Made by a program: the position numbers and the translations under genes. From Cyanophora paradoxa CCMP329 (Eukaryota > Plantae > Glaucophyta), in the NCBI GenBank assembly GCA_004431415.1, contig QPMI01000567.1:6456-70455 (forward strand): a stretch of 64,000 nt of DNA, read 5' to 3'. Below the pieces are notes generated by a model that saw only the letters and a program-made list of their open reading frames with translations, searched no databases and was not told the DNA's origin. Positions 1 through 9,269 of the stretch are shown here, piece by piece. Position 1 is the stretch's first letter, and the number at the start of each line of letters is the position of its first letter.

Positions 1-947
1 ATGTATGTTTCAGTGAATGCTAGCATATCTGGGATCTTAGAAGTGTCATCAAGGGAGCTTACTATGTGATTTGGAAGTGGGACTGATAGCCTATAGTATC
101 TCCCATAATCCTGATCATAGTTGTAGGGTAACAACTCCTCCATCTTATCAAGGGCAGAAAGCTCACTTGCAGCCATGAGCATGTTAATCAATGGGCTTCC
201 ATCTGTTGAGGCAATCCATGAGAGAATGCCCCAGCTGTTTACAGTCTCATAAGCATAACCCACATAATCAGACTCTAAATGTGGGTCCACCTCACCACAA
301 GAGATACTTATTACTATAATATCATCATCATCACTGTAAATCTTCTTTGCATGGCTGTAACCACACACACTGGGATTATTGTTTCCCGAAATGGCACCAT
401 CAATGAGACAGACAAATACTCCCCGATTGAAATCAACAATGCTTACAGGAGAGAAATATGTAGGAGCAGCAGAAGTAGCCCTAGCAGCAATCTTACAAGG
501 CATAAAGTTGTAGTTGTTGTCATTTGTGATAAATATTGGTTTCATATTCTGAGTATCAAAGGATGTAATCACAATGTCCTTTAGGGAATCCTGTATTAGT
601 GATTCACCAGTAACTGAATTGATTGCAGTCTCCAAGGGTCCCACATCATACTTTGTATTAAAAAGGGCATTTTCGATTATATTTCGAGGATTTGCGAAAA
701 TCAAGGGCAGTTGAGTTAGGTAAATATTGTGTAAATCGTTTGCTGTCAGTTTAGGTTCACCTGGTTTATCAGGATGCCTGATATTCAAACCTATTGCAAT
801 GATCCCACCAGTGGAAGTTCCACTTACAAGATCCACAAGATCGATTATTCTCCTGCCAGTTCGATTTTCGATTTCTTTTAGCAGCCTGGTTATGATAATG
901 CCCCTTGCACCTCCCCCTGATAAAGACAGGCAGATTTTCAAGGGCAT
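1..947 (-). CDS. Patatin-like phospholipase (3'-partial, runs off the left edge)
   Basis: Manual translation from ATG 947: MPLKICLSLSGGGARGIII (oxyanion motif), DLVSGTSTGGIIA (GxSxG nucleophile), ATSAAPTYF, LIDGAISGNNNP (catalytic Asp), SLDDTS near the C-terminus. Confidence 0.93.
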   Translation of the reverse strand, partial: MPLKICLSLSGGGARGIIITRLLKEIENRTGRRIIDLVDLVSGTSTGGIIAIGLNIRHPDKPGEPKLTANDLHNIYLTQLPLIFANPRNIIENALFNTKYDVGPLETAINSVTGESLIQDSLKDIVITSFDTQNMKPIFITNDNNYNFMPCKIAARATSAAPTYFSPVSIVDFNRGVFVCLIDGAISGNNNPSVCGYSHAKKIYSDDDDIIVISISCGEVDPHLESDYVGYAYETVNSWGILSWIASTDGSPLINMLMAASELSALDKMEELLPYNYDQDYGRYYRLSVPLPNHIVSSLDDTSKIPDMLAFTETY

Positions 948-990
948 CTTTTACTTATCAGGAATTTTATAAATCCATATAGTAAAAGCC
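948..990. promoter_or_regulatory. Candidate bidirectional viral promoter with AGTAAAAG on both strands
   Basis: 43-bp divergent gap; CTTTTACT at 948-955 (AGTAAAAG on the minus strand, abutting the patatin ATG) and AGTAAAAG at 981-988; the same 8-mer occurs at 7221-7228. Confidence 0.5.
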
Positions 991-3900
991 ATGAGCTTCA
1001 ATTACCCACCCAATCTAGAAACCATTCAAGATGATAATGCAAGCAGCACCAAGCATGTGAACTTTGATAATATTAAAGTAAAGGGTTCAGTTTCAATTGA
1101 CCACAGTTCCGATAATTCATCCAAGACTCAATCAAGGGAGCATGCTTTATCTGTGAATCAAACTGATCCAAATAAAGAAGATGTCAGTGTTGCTTTTAGT
1201 TTGGGTAATGTGAAAGCCAACCAAGTAGCAGAGATCAAAGCAACAAGAAGGAGACCTAGGAAACTGAAAACCAGTGGCACTCACCCAGATATACCTTCCA
1301 GGTTCGATAGTGGTCGATTGATTTTCAATGTTCAAGATGAGCAGGGCAAACAGAACACAGCTTTGCGAATTTACAATGAGGGCAGCACTGCAAAAGCTGA
1401 GGTCCCCCAAGTTTTGCAAGTTGGTCCTATTGCCAATACAAATCAGGTCTCCTACACAAATGATGTATACCCTAAGGATATTACATATGACTTTGCGAGG
1501 AATGAGCCTTTTGGTTTCTTTACTCCAAAAGATGTCCATCAAAAAAAGCCATCAATTACAATCAACAGTAGCCCCAGTCAACCAGTAGCAATCCATTTAC
1601 ATCCTGATTTAGTCGAAATGGATAGGCACCTTTTGCCTTTGTATAGCAATGTGAAAGACCTTGGAATTCGAACCAGGCAATGGCGAAATATCCATGGCAG
1701 CAATGTGTATGCAAATGGTGAGAAGCTTGTAAGTGAGAAGACCATAAGAGAGATCTTTGAGTATTATGGACCTGTCCCAGTTCCCTTCCCTCTTCCATGG
1801 GATCCACCGGATTTAACACCGAAAAAGCAACCAGGCAGAGAGTACACAGCAACTGAAGATGTAGCCTTTGGGCAGCATATTGTGAGTTGGGAGCAAGTTC
1901 GCAATAAACCTATAATTGAACCCAGAAAGCAAATAGATGAGCAGTATTTACCTCCTGAAGTCGATATATTAGAGCTTGATGAATATCAATTCGTTCCAGA
2001 TGAGGAAGAGTATTTACCAGATGGTTTCGACCCACAAGAGTATGAATATGATCAATATGACCCCAATGAGGAGGAGATACTACCAGATGGCTTAGATCCA
2101 CAAGAGTTTGAGTATGAGCAGAACTATGAACCTGATGAGGAGTATTTGCCAGATGGGCATGATCCACCAGCTGTTGATTATGAGCAACCTTATGAACCCC
2201 ATGAGGAACTATTACCAGATGGATTTCGCCCAGAGATTTGGGAATTCTTCCCTGATTGGGAGCAGATCAACAATAAACCAGCCAGATATCCACCAGAGGA
2301 TCACAACCATGACTGGGATGAGATCTTAGGCAAACCTCAAAAGTATCCACCAGAGGATCACAGGCATGATTGGGGTGATCTGGATGGGATACCAGATAAG
2401 TTTGCAGCAAGCAACCATGAACACACTTGGGATGAGATCAATGACCAACCAGAATTCGCAAAGGTAGAGCCTCTTGATAACTTGGGGGTTTCTCTTTATC
2501 AGACTTGTAATGTCCCTGAAAGAATCTTTTTGAATGAACACTATGTTCATGTGAATGGGACACTTGCGAATTCAGCTATGAGAGGACCACTTCATATTAG
2601 GACACTACCAGGCTCTTATAATCCACCACCTGAACCAGGAGCAACCATACCAAATATCTTTGTGTCAAGCTACATGGAGGCTGACATTCCCACAGATACA
2701 TTCAGAGTCCCAACAGACCCAGCAACCTACCAAAATTTCAACTCTGCTATACAGGTTCATGTAGCAGATGTAAGCAGTTTAGATGGCTCAAGACCAATGA
2801 TAGTATTCAGCAGAGATAAATATTCGTATATTCCCATAGTGGGAACTGCAAATGATAATTATGGGAGGGCAGAGCTTGCATGGATTAAAACCGATTATGG
2901 TGGGGTCCTGGAAGCCAATCAGAGGATGGCAGCAAAAAACATACACAATGAAAATATTTCGAGAGTAGTCACAGAGGATTATTTAGAAGAGCAAGGATAT
3001 ATTGATGAAGGTGAACTCACAAATATTCTTTCTCTTTTTGTGATCAAAAATGACACAAACCTTACAGTCACTTCCAATATCTACACCAGTAACCTTTATA
3101 CAAGTAACATTTTCACAAGTAACCTATGGGCAAGTAACATTTGGACAAGAAAACTATGGGCAGATGATATTTACACAAGTAATCTTACAGTGTATCGAAA
3201 TATAACAATTGGAACACAAAACACTATACAAATACTTTATAGACCTTACTATGCTGTTACTACTGTCATTGATCCAGCCCCAATTATTCCAAATTGTATA
3301 TTTGCATGGAAAGCATCAGGTCAACATGGTCAGTTGATATATTATCAAGGTCAGATATATAACAGAGTTACTACACAGATACCATATCTAACAAATTATT
3401 CGAATTGGGAAACTGTTTATTATTATTTGAATGCAACCCTAAACAATCAAATTTCGATTGGGAAAGAATTAAACATGGCTTATAGGAATAGTGTTTCAAT
3501 AGATTGGTCATTAGGTCTTACATTATTCTTTATAGGTAGGATCAATACTACAAATCCTTCTTATATGTTGAGTATAAGGGATAGTTCTTATCAAAATTGG
3601 ATTGGATATGGTTGTAAAAATCAAAAGTTTGGTGTTTCACTACAAATTCAAAACGATATAGAAAATGCAACTCCTCCATTATTCGATGCATCATATATTT
3701 ATAATTCGTGGAATTATTGGGATTTCACTGTTTCCTCAGAGCAAATTGTCGTAGGAATGGGTGGTATTGATATTGGAACATCATCGGGTGATTTTCTTCC
3801 ACCTTCTAATTTTGCATCATTTGGTTCTTCTGTTGCTAATGGAGATCTTGCCGAAATTATCGTTTTCAATCGTGCGTTATCTATTGAAGAAAAGAACGCG

Positions 3901-6885
3901 GTTAGATATTATATACAATTATTGTATGGATTTCCAAATACGCAGCCCATATTGAATAATGAAGATCTTAAAATTAATTCGAGCAATATATTTATTGAAA
4001 ATCTCACAGTTACCAAAAATGCAACTCTACCACATCATCCAACATCGAATGTTGTTTTAGATTGGTTAGCAAAACAAAAACACACAAAAGCAGATATTAC
4101 GGATTTCGCCCATACTCACACAAAAGATCAAATCACAGATTTCGCCCATACACACACCAAAGATCAAATAACAGATTTCGCACATACTCACACAAAAGAT
4201 CAAATAACAGATTTCGCACATACTCACACAAAAGATCAAATAACAGATTTCGCCCATACTCATTTATGGGAGCATATCACAAATCCTCCGTTAACCTTCC
4301 CACCTGATTCACACACTCATGATTATTCAGAGATTACAAATAGCAACCACAGGCACCCATGGAGCGAAATAGACGAACAGCCAGTTTTTGCCCAATTGAA
4401 TGCAATCGGAAACGTTTTTAATGGAGTCACACTTTACCAATCGAGTAATACACCTGAAAGGCTATTTTTGAATGATCATTATGTTAGTCTCAATGGTTCA
4501 TTTACAGGTCAAGACGGCACACCGATGGTGGGAACTCTTGCAGTAAGATTACCCAGGGATCCAATCGTAAATGGAGTGTATAGTGGCGATTTCAATGTAG
4601 GAGTAAACGATACTTTCCCCAGTATCTATGTTACGAATTATCACCCAGGAGAAATAGGACAAGTAGCGGATTTTTCAGCAGCTATTCAAATTAACGTAAC
4701 AGATCAAAGCGCATATGATGGAGCAAGACCTAAAATAGTATTCACAAGGGAGAAAGTTGTAAACTATCTTCCCGTTGCGGGACAACCCACAGATGATCAC
4801 GGGAAATGTGAGATGGCGTGGATTAAAACGACATCAGGTGGCGCCTTAGAAGTCAATCAAAGAATGGCGGCGAAAAACTTACACAATACAACCCTTTCAG
4901 GTGTCGTTACAGATGATTACCTTACCAATAAAGGATATCTTACCACCGCAGATCTCAGCAGTTATGTAACAGAAACTGAATTAACGACGGCGTTAAATCC
5001 TTACGCAACAGATGCAGAATTAACTACGGCTCTTGCGAATTATTTACCTCTTACAGGTGGAACCGTCACCGGAACCGTTAACGCTACCACTTTACAAATT
5101 GGCGGAACCACAATACCGAAAGGTTACGAATTCGACCAATTAGATACTGTTTCGACAGATAGAAGCGCTAATAATTGGACTGTAACATGGGGAGCGAGAA
5201 CAGGGCAAACAGGGTGTTTTACTACACCAGCAAATGATGAAGATTGCAGCGGTTGTTTTATGCGTTGGATAGTTCCGACAGGTATGAAATCATTTTATAT
5301 TCAGCATTTACCGTGGAGTAGTGGGAGATATTTTGATATCTACGGTCAAACTCTAAATGGGTTTCAGCATTTCTTAAAACGAGTTAATAATTATCAAGCA
5401 ATAGCAACTACCGGAATTCAAGATGGAACACATCCGGCTATTCTCTTTATTTCAATAAATTGTGAGTTTTACAAGTATATTTATGTTCAAGGTCGAAAAG
5501 GTCGCATTCATCTTACGGGGGTTTTCGGTTGGAGTAGACAAAGAGCAACGGATAATGAGGTTGGTATGATCTCTTGGGATAATATATTTAGCAAACCGTC
5601 ATTTTACTCAGCCGCAGACCTTCCACAAACCGCAACATGGGCAACAAATACATGGTTAAAATCAGTAGATGCAGTCGAGCGAATTTGGTTTGGTAATGGC
5701 GATTGCACATATATACGAGGGAGACCGAATGGTGTCGGTGTGTCAATTGAATTTAGAGACTCAGCAGATGGAGCAATTTTAAAGTCTTATAACAATGGTA
5801 ACTTTTGGGTGAAAAACACTATTACAGCACCTACTATTAATGCAACCACCACACTCCAAATAAACGGTAATGATGTCCCAAAGTTTCACACAGTAGATAA
5901 AGCAGTAGGAGGTATTGCATTTAATAGATGTTCTGAGGGTTGGACATGGGCATGGAGTTCAGAATGGGATCCATATTATAATTATGGTTCATATGTTTAT
6001 AATAATCAAACGGATGATCAAACATCTACCGCTTGGATTGACTTCGATATACCCGATGGATACCACACAGGAACAGCATTTTTAACCTATTTACCTTGGA
6101 CTAACTCACGAATTTTTGAAATTTGGGGACTCAATCGACAAGGGAATGAAGTTTTTATTACATCAGTAAATAGTTATCAACCATACAGCACATCTCCTAA
6201 TAGTAACCACAGCGGTTTAAATAATGTTCCTATACATCTCGGTAATCGATTTTTGACTATTCGGATTAGACCAAAGATTGGAAGAGTTCATATTATGGGT
6301 ATAAGTTACATGAAAATTTGGGTTGGACATAGTTATGGAGGTCACACCGGTTATATTCATTGGAATAATGTTTATAGTAAACCAAATATCTTAACAGGGG
6401 CATTGGATCTTTGGTTTAACTCTAATGATGGATATAATCGTATCTATTTTACGAATAATAGCACCACGTATTTTAAAGGAAGAGGAACTTATCCAATAAG
6501 ATTTCGAAATGAATTAGATTCTGATATTTGTTGGATCGATCATGACGGGCGGATGTGGATAAACAATTATTTAACACAAGGAAGTGACAGAAGATACAAA
6601 ACAGATATTAAAAAGATAACCGGCGCTCTTTCAGCAATCGAAAAATTAGAAGGAGTGAGTTTTAAACGAATTGGGAGTGAAAAAGACGGAACAAAATTAG
6701 GTTTAATTGCGCAAGATGTAGAAAAGGTAATACCAGAAATTGTAAGTGTCACAAAAGAAGATGGTTACCTTTCTCTCGAATACACGGGTTTAATTCCAGT
6801 TCTCATTGAAGCTGTGAAGGAGTTGTCCCAAAAATGCAAAGATCTACAGGATCAAATAGACCAAATTAAAAATGTCAAAGTATAA
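991..6885 (+). CDS. Large modular fibre/adhesin protein with C-terminal intramolecular chaperone (peptidase S74)
   Basis: C-terminal SDRRYKTDI...LGLIAQDVEKVIPEIV...LEYTGLIPVLIEAVKEL plus coiled coil; tail-fibre His repeats (HTHTKDQITDF, HxHxWxxIxxKP); TSNxx pentapeptide repeats; LamG/ConA-like end motif GDLAEIIVFNRALS; two internally duplicated domains. Confidence 0.88.
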   Translation: MSFNYPPNLETIQDDNASSTKHVNFDNIKVKGSVSIDHSSDNSSKTQSREHALSVNQTDPNKEDVSVAFSLGNVKANQVAEIKATRRRPRKLKTSGTHPDIPSRFDSGRLIFNVQDEQGKQNTALRIYNEGSTAKAEVPQVLQVGPIANTNQVSYTNDVYPKDITYDFARNEPFGFFTPKDVHQKKPSITINSSPSQPVAIHLHPDLVEMDRHLLPLYSNVKDLGIRTRQWRNIHGSNVYANGEKLVSEKTIREIFEYYGPVPVPFPLPWDPPDLTPKKQPGREYTATEDVAFGQHIVSWEQVRNKPIIEPRKQIDEQYLPPEVDILELDEYQFVPDEEEYLPDGFDPQEYEYDQYDPNEEEILPDGLDPQEFEYEQNYEPDEEYLPDGHDPPAVDYEQPYEPHEELLPDGFRPEIWEFFPDWEQINNKPARYPPEDHNHDWDEILGKPQKYPPEDHRHDWGDLDGIPDKFAASNHEHTWDEINDQPEFAKVEPLDNLGVSLYQTCNVPERIFLNEHYVHVNGTLANSAMRGPLHIRTLPGSYNPPPEPGATIPNIFVSSYMEADIPTDTFRVPTDPATYQNFNSAIQVHVADVSSLDGSRPMIVFSRDKYSYIPIVGTANDNYGRAELAWIKTDYGGVLEANQRMAAKNIHNENISRVVTEDYLEEQGYIDEGELTNILSLFVIKNDTNLTVTSNIYTSNLYTSNIFTSNLWASNIWTRKLWADDIYTSNLTVYRNITIGTQNTIQILYRPYYAVTTVIDPAPIIPNCIFAWKASGQHGQLIYYQGQIYNRVTTQIPYLTNYSNWETVYYYLNATLNNQISIGKELNMAYRNSVSIDWSLGLTLFFIGRINTTNPSYMLSIRDSSYQNWIGYGCKNQKFGVSLQIQNDIENATPPLFDASYIYNSWNYWDFTVSSEQIVVGMGGIDIGTSSGDFLPPSNFASFGSSVANGDLAEIIVFNRALSIEEKNAVRYYIQLLYGFPNTQPILNNEDLKINSSNIFIENLTVTKNATLPHHPTSNVVLDWLAKQKHTKADITDFAHTHTKDQITDFAHTHTKDQITDFAHTHTKDQITDFAHTHTKDQITDFAHTHLWEHITNPPLTFPPDSHTHDYSEITNSNHRHPWSEIDEQPVFAQLNAIGNVFNGVTLYQSSNTPERLFLNDHYVSLNGSFTGQDGTPMVGTLAVRLPRDPIVNGVYSGDFNVGVNDTFPSIYVTNYHPGEIGQVADFSAAIQINVTDQSAYDGARPKIVFTREKVVNYLPVAGQPTDDHGKCEMAWIKTTSGGALEVNQRMAAKNLHNTTLSGVVTDDYLTNKGYLTTADLSSYVTETELTTALNPYATDAELTTALANYLPLTGGTVTGTVNATTLQIGGTTIPKGYEFDQLDTVSTDRSANNWTVTWGARTGQTGCFTTPANDEDCSGCFMRWIVPTGMKSFYIQHLPWSSGRYFDIYGQTLNGFQHFLKRVNNYQAIATTGIQDGTHPAILFISINCEFYKYIYVQGRKGRIHLTGVFGWSRQRATDNEVGMISWDNIFSKPSFYSAADLPQTATWATNTWLKSVDAVERIWFGNGDCTYIRGRPNGVGVSIEFRDSADGAILKSYNNGNFWVKNTITAPTINATTTLQINGNDVPKFHTVDKAVGGIAFNRCSEGWTWAWSSEWDPYYNYGSYVYNNQTDDQTSTAWIDFDIPDGYHTGTAFLTYLPWTNSRIFEIWGLNRQGNEVFITSVNSYQPYSTSPNSNHSGLNNVPIHLGNRFLTIRIRPKIGRVHIMGISYMKIWVGHSYGGHTGYIHWNNVYSKPNILTGALDLWFNSNDGYNRIYFTNNSTTYFKGRGTYPIRFRNELDSDICWIDHDGRMWINNYLTQGSDRRYKTDIKKITGALSAIEKLEGVSFKRIGSEKDGTKLGLIAQDVEKVIPEIVSVTKEDGYLSLEYTGLIPVLIEAVKELSQKCKDLQDQIDQIKNVKV
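1940..2450 (+). repeat. Acidic ~20-aa coding repeats (EEYLPDGxDP) followed by HxHxWxxI repeats
   Basis: Visible in the translation of the fibre ORF. Confidence 0.85.
4080..4265 (+). repeat. 33-bp coding tandem repeat (HTHTKDQITDFA-type, ~5 copies)
   Basis: cacacaaaagatcaaataacagatttcgc-type unit repeated in frame. Confidence 0.92.
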
Positions 6886-6888
6886 TAA

Positions 6889-7194
6889 ATGGCGACCTAT
6901 CCTCTTGGTGGAACCACCTATTCTACTGAGCCTGTTGCGCTTTCTTTTGATACAATCACCCTTGTAAACGCATTACAAACAGTTGAAAAAACGATTCAGC
7001 AAACTAACAAGCTCTCACCAGTTGTCAATGAGTATAAAAACCTCTTGGTTAATGTCCTTGCCAAATCTGCATATGGTGACCCTGTTGCTAAATACACTGA
7101 GTGTGATAACAATATTAAAGCAATGACATCCAACCTTCAAACACTTTCAGTTGCCTACCAATCCCTTGGATCGAATTTAATCACTTTGGCTTGA
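6889..7194 (+). CDS. Hypothetical 101-aa helical viral protein
   Basis: ATG 3 nt after the fibre stop; same strand; amphipathic, heptad-like composition. Confidence 0.7.
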   Translation: MATYPLGGTTYSTEPVALSFDTITLVNALQTVEKTIQQTNKLSPVVNEYKNLLVNVLAKSAYGDPVAKYTECDNNIKAMTSNLQTLSVAYQSLGSNLITLA

Positions 7195-7233
7195 TTGCAG
7201 TTTATTTTTCTTTCCTTCTTAGTAAAAGAAGCA

Positions 7234-8088
7234 ATGGGTGAATATAATCGAGTTCAACTGCCTATATATTCCCTTGGATCCCCTGCAATGCATTTTCGCC
7301 AGCATGAAGTAAATGATGAGGTTCGTGGTTTAGAATCCACAGAGAGACCCAATTCCAATGGCAACTCCTTTGATAAAAATTCGATTATTCGAGTTAAAGA
7401 GCTGAGAGCTGATAAGAATTCTGGTGTGGTTAAAACAACTCGACTTCTTGTCACAAATGCTAACTTCTTTCAGCCTACTAATGGAGGTCCTGATGCTTAC
7501 AGTGTTGATCTGAAAGCCCTTGATTATGATAAAAACACTGCTGCTGTAACTGTGAGATCAGGAGGAGCATTTATTGGTGGTGGCTGCAGAGTTTCAGGTC
7601 AGCTATCTTCATCTGTTTCCTACAATGATGTCCCAGATACTCTCGAACAAAATGTGGAGAACCCACAACGAATTCGTTTCTACACACCTGTTGCACAGCA
7701 ACCTTTTTTGCATTTCTATGTTGCATCCTCTGTAACTCTTGAGAATTCGGAATTAGTTTCCATTACAGGAACTGATCGAGTAAGAAGAAATATTCCTCTT
7801 CCCACTGCAATGCTTTCCATGTGTAGAGCCAATAATAATCAACCAGGACACAACTACTTATTCTTTGTTCAAGCTTCGAACCATTTTGGCAGAGGATATT
7901 GTGTTTATAACAATTTGACATTTACCTATGATCTGTTTGTCACTGAGGTTGGAGTATACAATACTATGATTATGGGACTGAGAACAGATATAGCAGCTGT
8001 ATCAGCACTTCGTGGGGTAAATGTTGCTGATATATTCACAACAGGATTTTACCAAGAATTAGATGTAATTGATGACCCAACCCCATAA
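7234..8088 (+). CDS. Short fibre-like viral protein, paralog 1 (start corrected to ATG 7234)
   Basis: Clear paralogy with the next ORF (EVRGLESTE...ELRADKNSGVVKTTRLLVTNANF...SGGAFIGGG); preceded by AGTAAAAG. The fibre-like call is inference. Confidence 0.75.
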   Translation: MGEYNRVQLPIYSLGSPAMHFRQHEVNDEVRGLESTERPNSNGNSFDKNSIIRVKELRADKNSGVVKTTRLLVTNANFFQPTNGGPDAYSVDLKALDYDKNTAAVTVRSGGAFIGGGCRVSGQLSSSVSYNDVPDTLEQNVENPQRIRFYTPVAQQPFLHFYVASSVTLENSELVSITGTDRVRRNIPLPTAMLSMCRANNNQPGHNYLFFVQASNHFGRGYCVYNNLTFTYDLFVTEVGVYNTMIMGLRTDIAAVSALRGVNVADIFTTGFYQELDVIDDPTP

Positions 8089-8111
8089 AAGATATATCCC
8101 TTTAATGTAAA

Positions 8112-8945
8112 ATGGCTGAGCAACCCCCACTTGAACGAATTATTACACCTCAGCTATCATTAGCTGCACCAGCAAACCATGTTCTGCAGCATGCTACTTT
8201 TGATGATGTAGAGGGTCTCCAATCAACAGAGGTCCAACCTACAATGAACACCTTTGGTTCCACCCATAAACTGAGATTACAGGAACTCAGATGTGATAAA
8301 AATAATGGAATAGTTAAGACAACTAAGCTACTTGTTACCAATGCAAACTTTTCTGCTCATTATGGAGACCCAGATAGCTATGGAGATCCTCTTTCTACTT
8401 ATTCTTTTGAATCTAGGTCGGGAGCTATTAACTGCAAATCGGGGGGAGCTTATATTGGTGATGGTCTTAGGGTTGGTGGGGCTGTTGGAGCGCCTTTATT
8501 TGTGAATGATCAACCCAATCCCATTGATCCCAATACAAGAATTCGAACCTATGTCCCCAGCATGAATGCCCCCTATATAATCAAAATATTCCCCATTGTA
8601 GTAAATGAACAGACAGCAGTAGTAGATTCTCTTGTTGAGATTGGTGACCACTACAAGGTTGTTGTGGATATTCCACCAGATGTATATGCTGTATGTCAAG
8701 TGGAGGGTGGAACTCCTAATTTTGCAGTTGTGATCACCCCATATGATAATTTTGGTATTGCTTATCATGGAGTCAATTTCGGTTTGGAAGACTATCAGTT
8801 TCTGGTTAGAGCCACCAAGTTTGGTATCTACAAGTGTGTATTATATGCTGAGAGAACCGATTTTATTGCAAAGCAGAATACCTATGCTGAATACTATGGG
8901 ACAAATCGATATTTCCCCATTTTTGGGCAGGATACTGCTCCATAA
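8112..8945 (+). CDS. Short fibre-like viral protein, paralog 2
   Basis: DVEGLQSTE...ELRCDKNNGIVKTTKLLVTNANF...SGGAYIGDG; C-terminal VxIP..V.ITP...FG..Y...F.V...AERTD pattern resembles C-terminal modules of tail-fibre-associated proteins. Confidence 0.75.
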   Translation: MAEQPPLERIITPQLSLAAPANHVLQHATFDDVEGLQSTEVQPTMNTFGSTHKLRLQELRCDKNNGIVKTTKLLVTNANFSAHYGDPDSYGDPLSTYSFESRSGAINCKSGGAYIGDGLRVGGAVGAPLFVNDQPNPIDPNTRIRTYVPSMNAPYIIKIFPIVVNEQTAVVDSLVEIGDHYKVVVDIPPDVYAVCQVEGGTPNFAVVITPYDNFGIAYHGVNFGLEDYQFLVRATKFGIYKCVLYAERTDFIAKQNTYAEYYGTNRYFPIFGQDTAP

Positions 8946-8967
8946 GAATATTGGTTATATATAGAGT

Positions 8968-9240
8968 ATGGATAGTAAAACAAAAAAGTTTATTGATGCT
9001 GCTATGACAGTTCATGGTAAAGATAAATTCGATTACAGTGAGACACATTACATCAAAGCTCAAGAGAAAGTATCTGTTAGATGTTTGCAGTGTAATAAGG
9101 TGATCCTTACCTATCCCTTTAATCATGTGAAGGGATCAGGTTGCAGGGAATGCAACAAAAAACATTCTCAGGCTTACAGGAAAAGGGCTTCTTCATCAAT
9201 CACAGTGGAATATAGGGATGTTTGCATTAGGTTCGATTAG
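8968..9240 (+). CDS. DUF723-like zinc-ribbon protein
   Basis: F..A..VHG.DKFDYS...Y.....KV...CxxC......P.NH..GSGCxxC pattern, as in domains attached to phage/NCLDV endonucleases. Confidence 0.7.
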   Translation: MDSKTKKFIDAAMTVHGKDKFDYSETHYIKAQEKVSVRCLQCNKVILTYPFNHVKGSGCRECNKKHSQAYRKRASSSITVEYRDVCIRFD

Positions 9241-9269
9241 GTTTAATTAATTTTTCTAAGGTATTCTTA

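Noticed and set aside
279-972. Plus-strand ORFs 279-584 and 727-972
   Set aside because: Antisense shadows of the minus-strand patatin gene.
991-6885. Diversity-generating retroelement targeting the fibre
   Set aside because: I found no TR/VR pair differing at adenines, and the only RT in the window is a canonical gypsy pol ~45 kb away.
7195-7233. ORF-track start of the 297-aa ORF
   Set aside because: Non-ATG start in a pyrimidine-rich spacer; ATG 7234 follows the shared motif and aligns better with the paralog.
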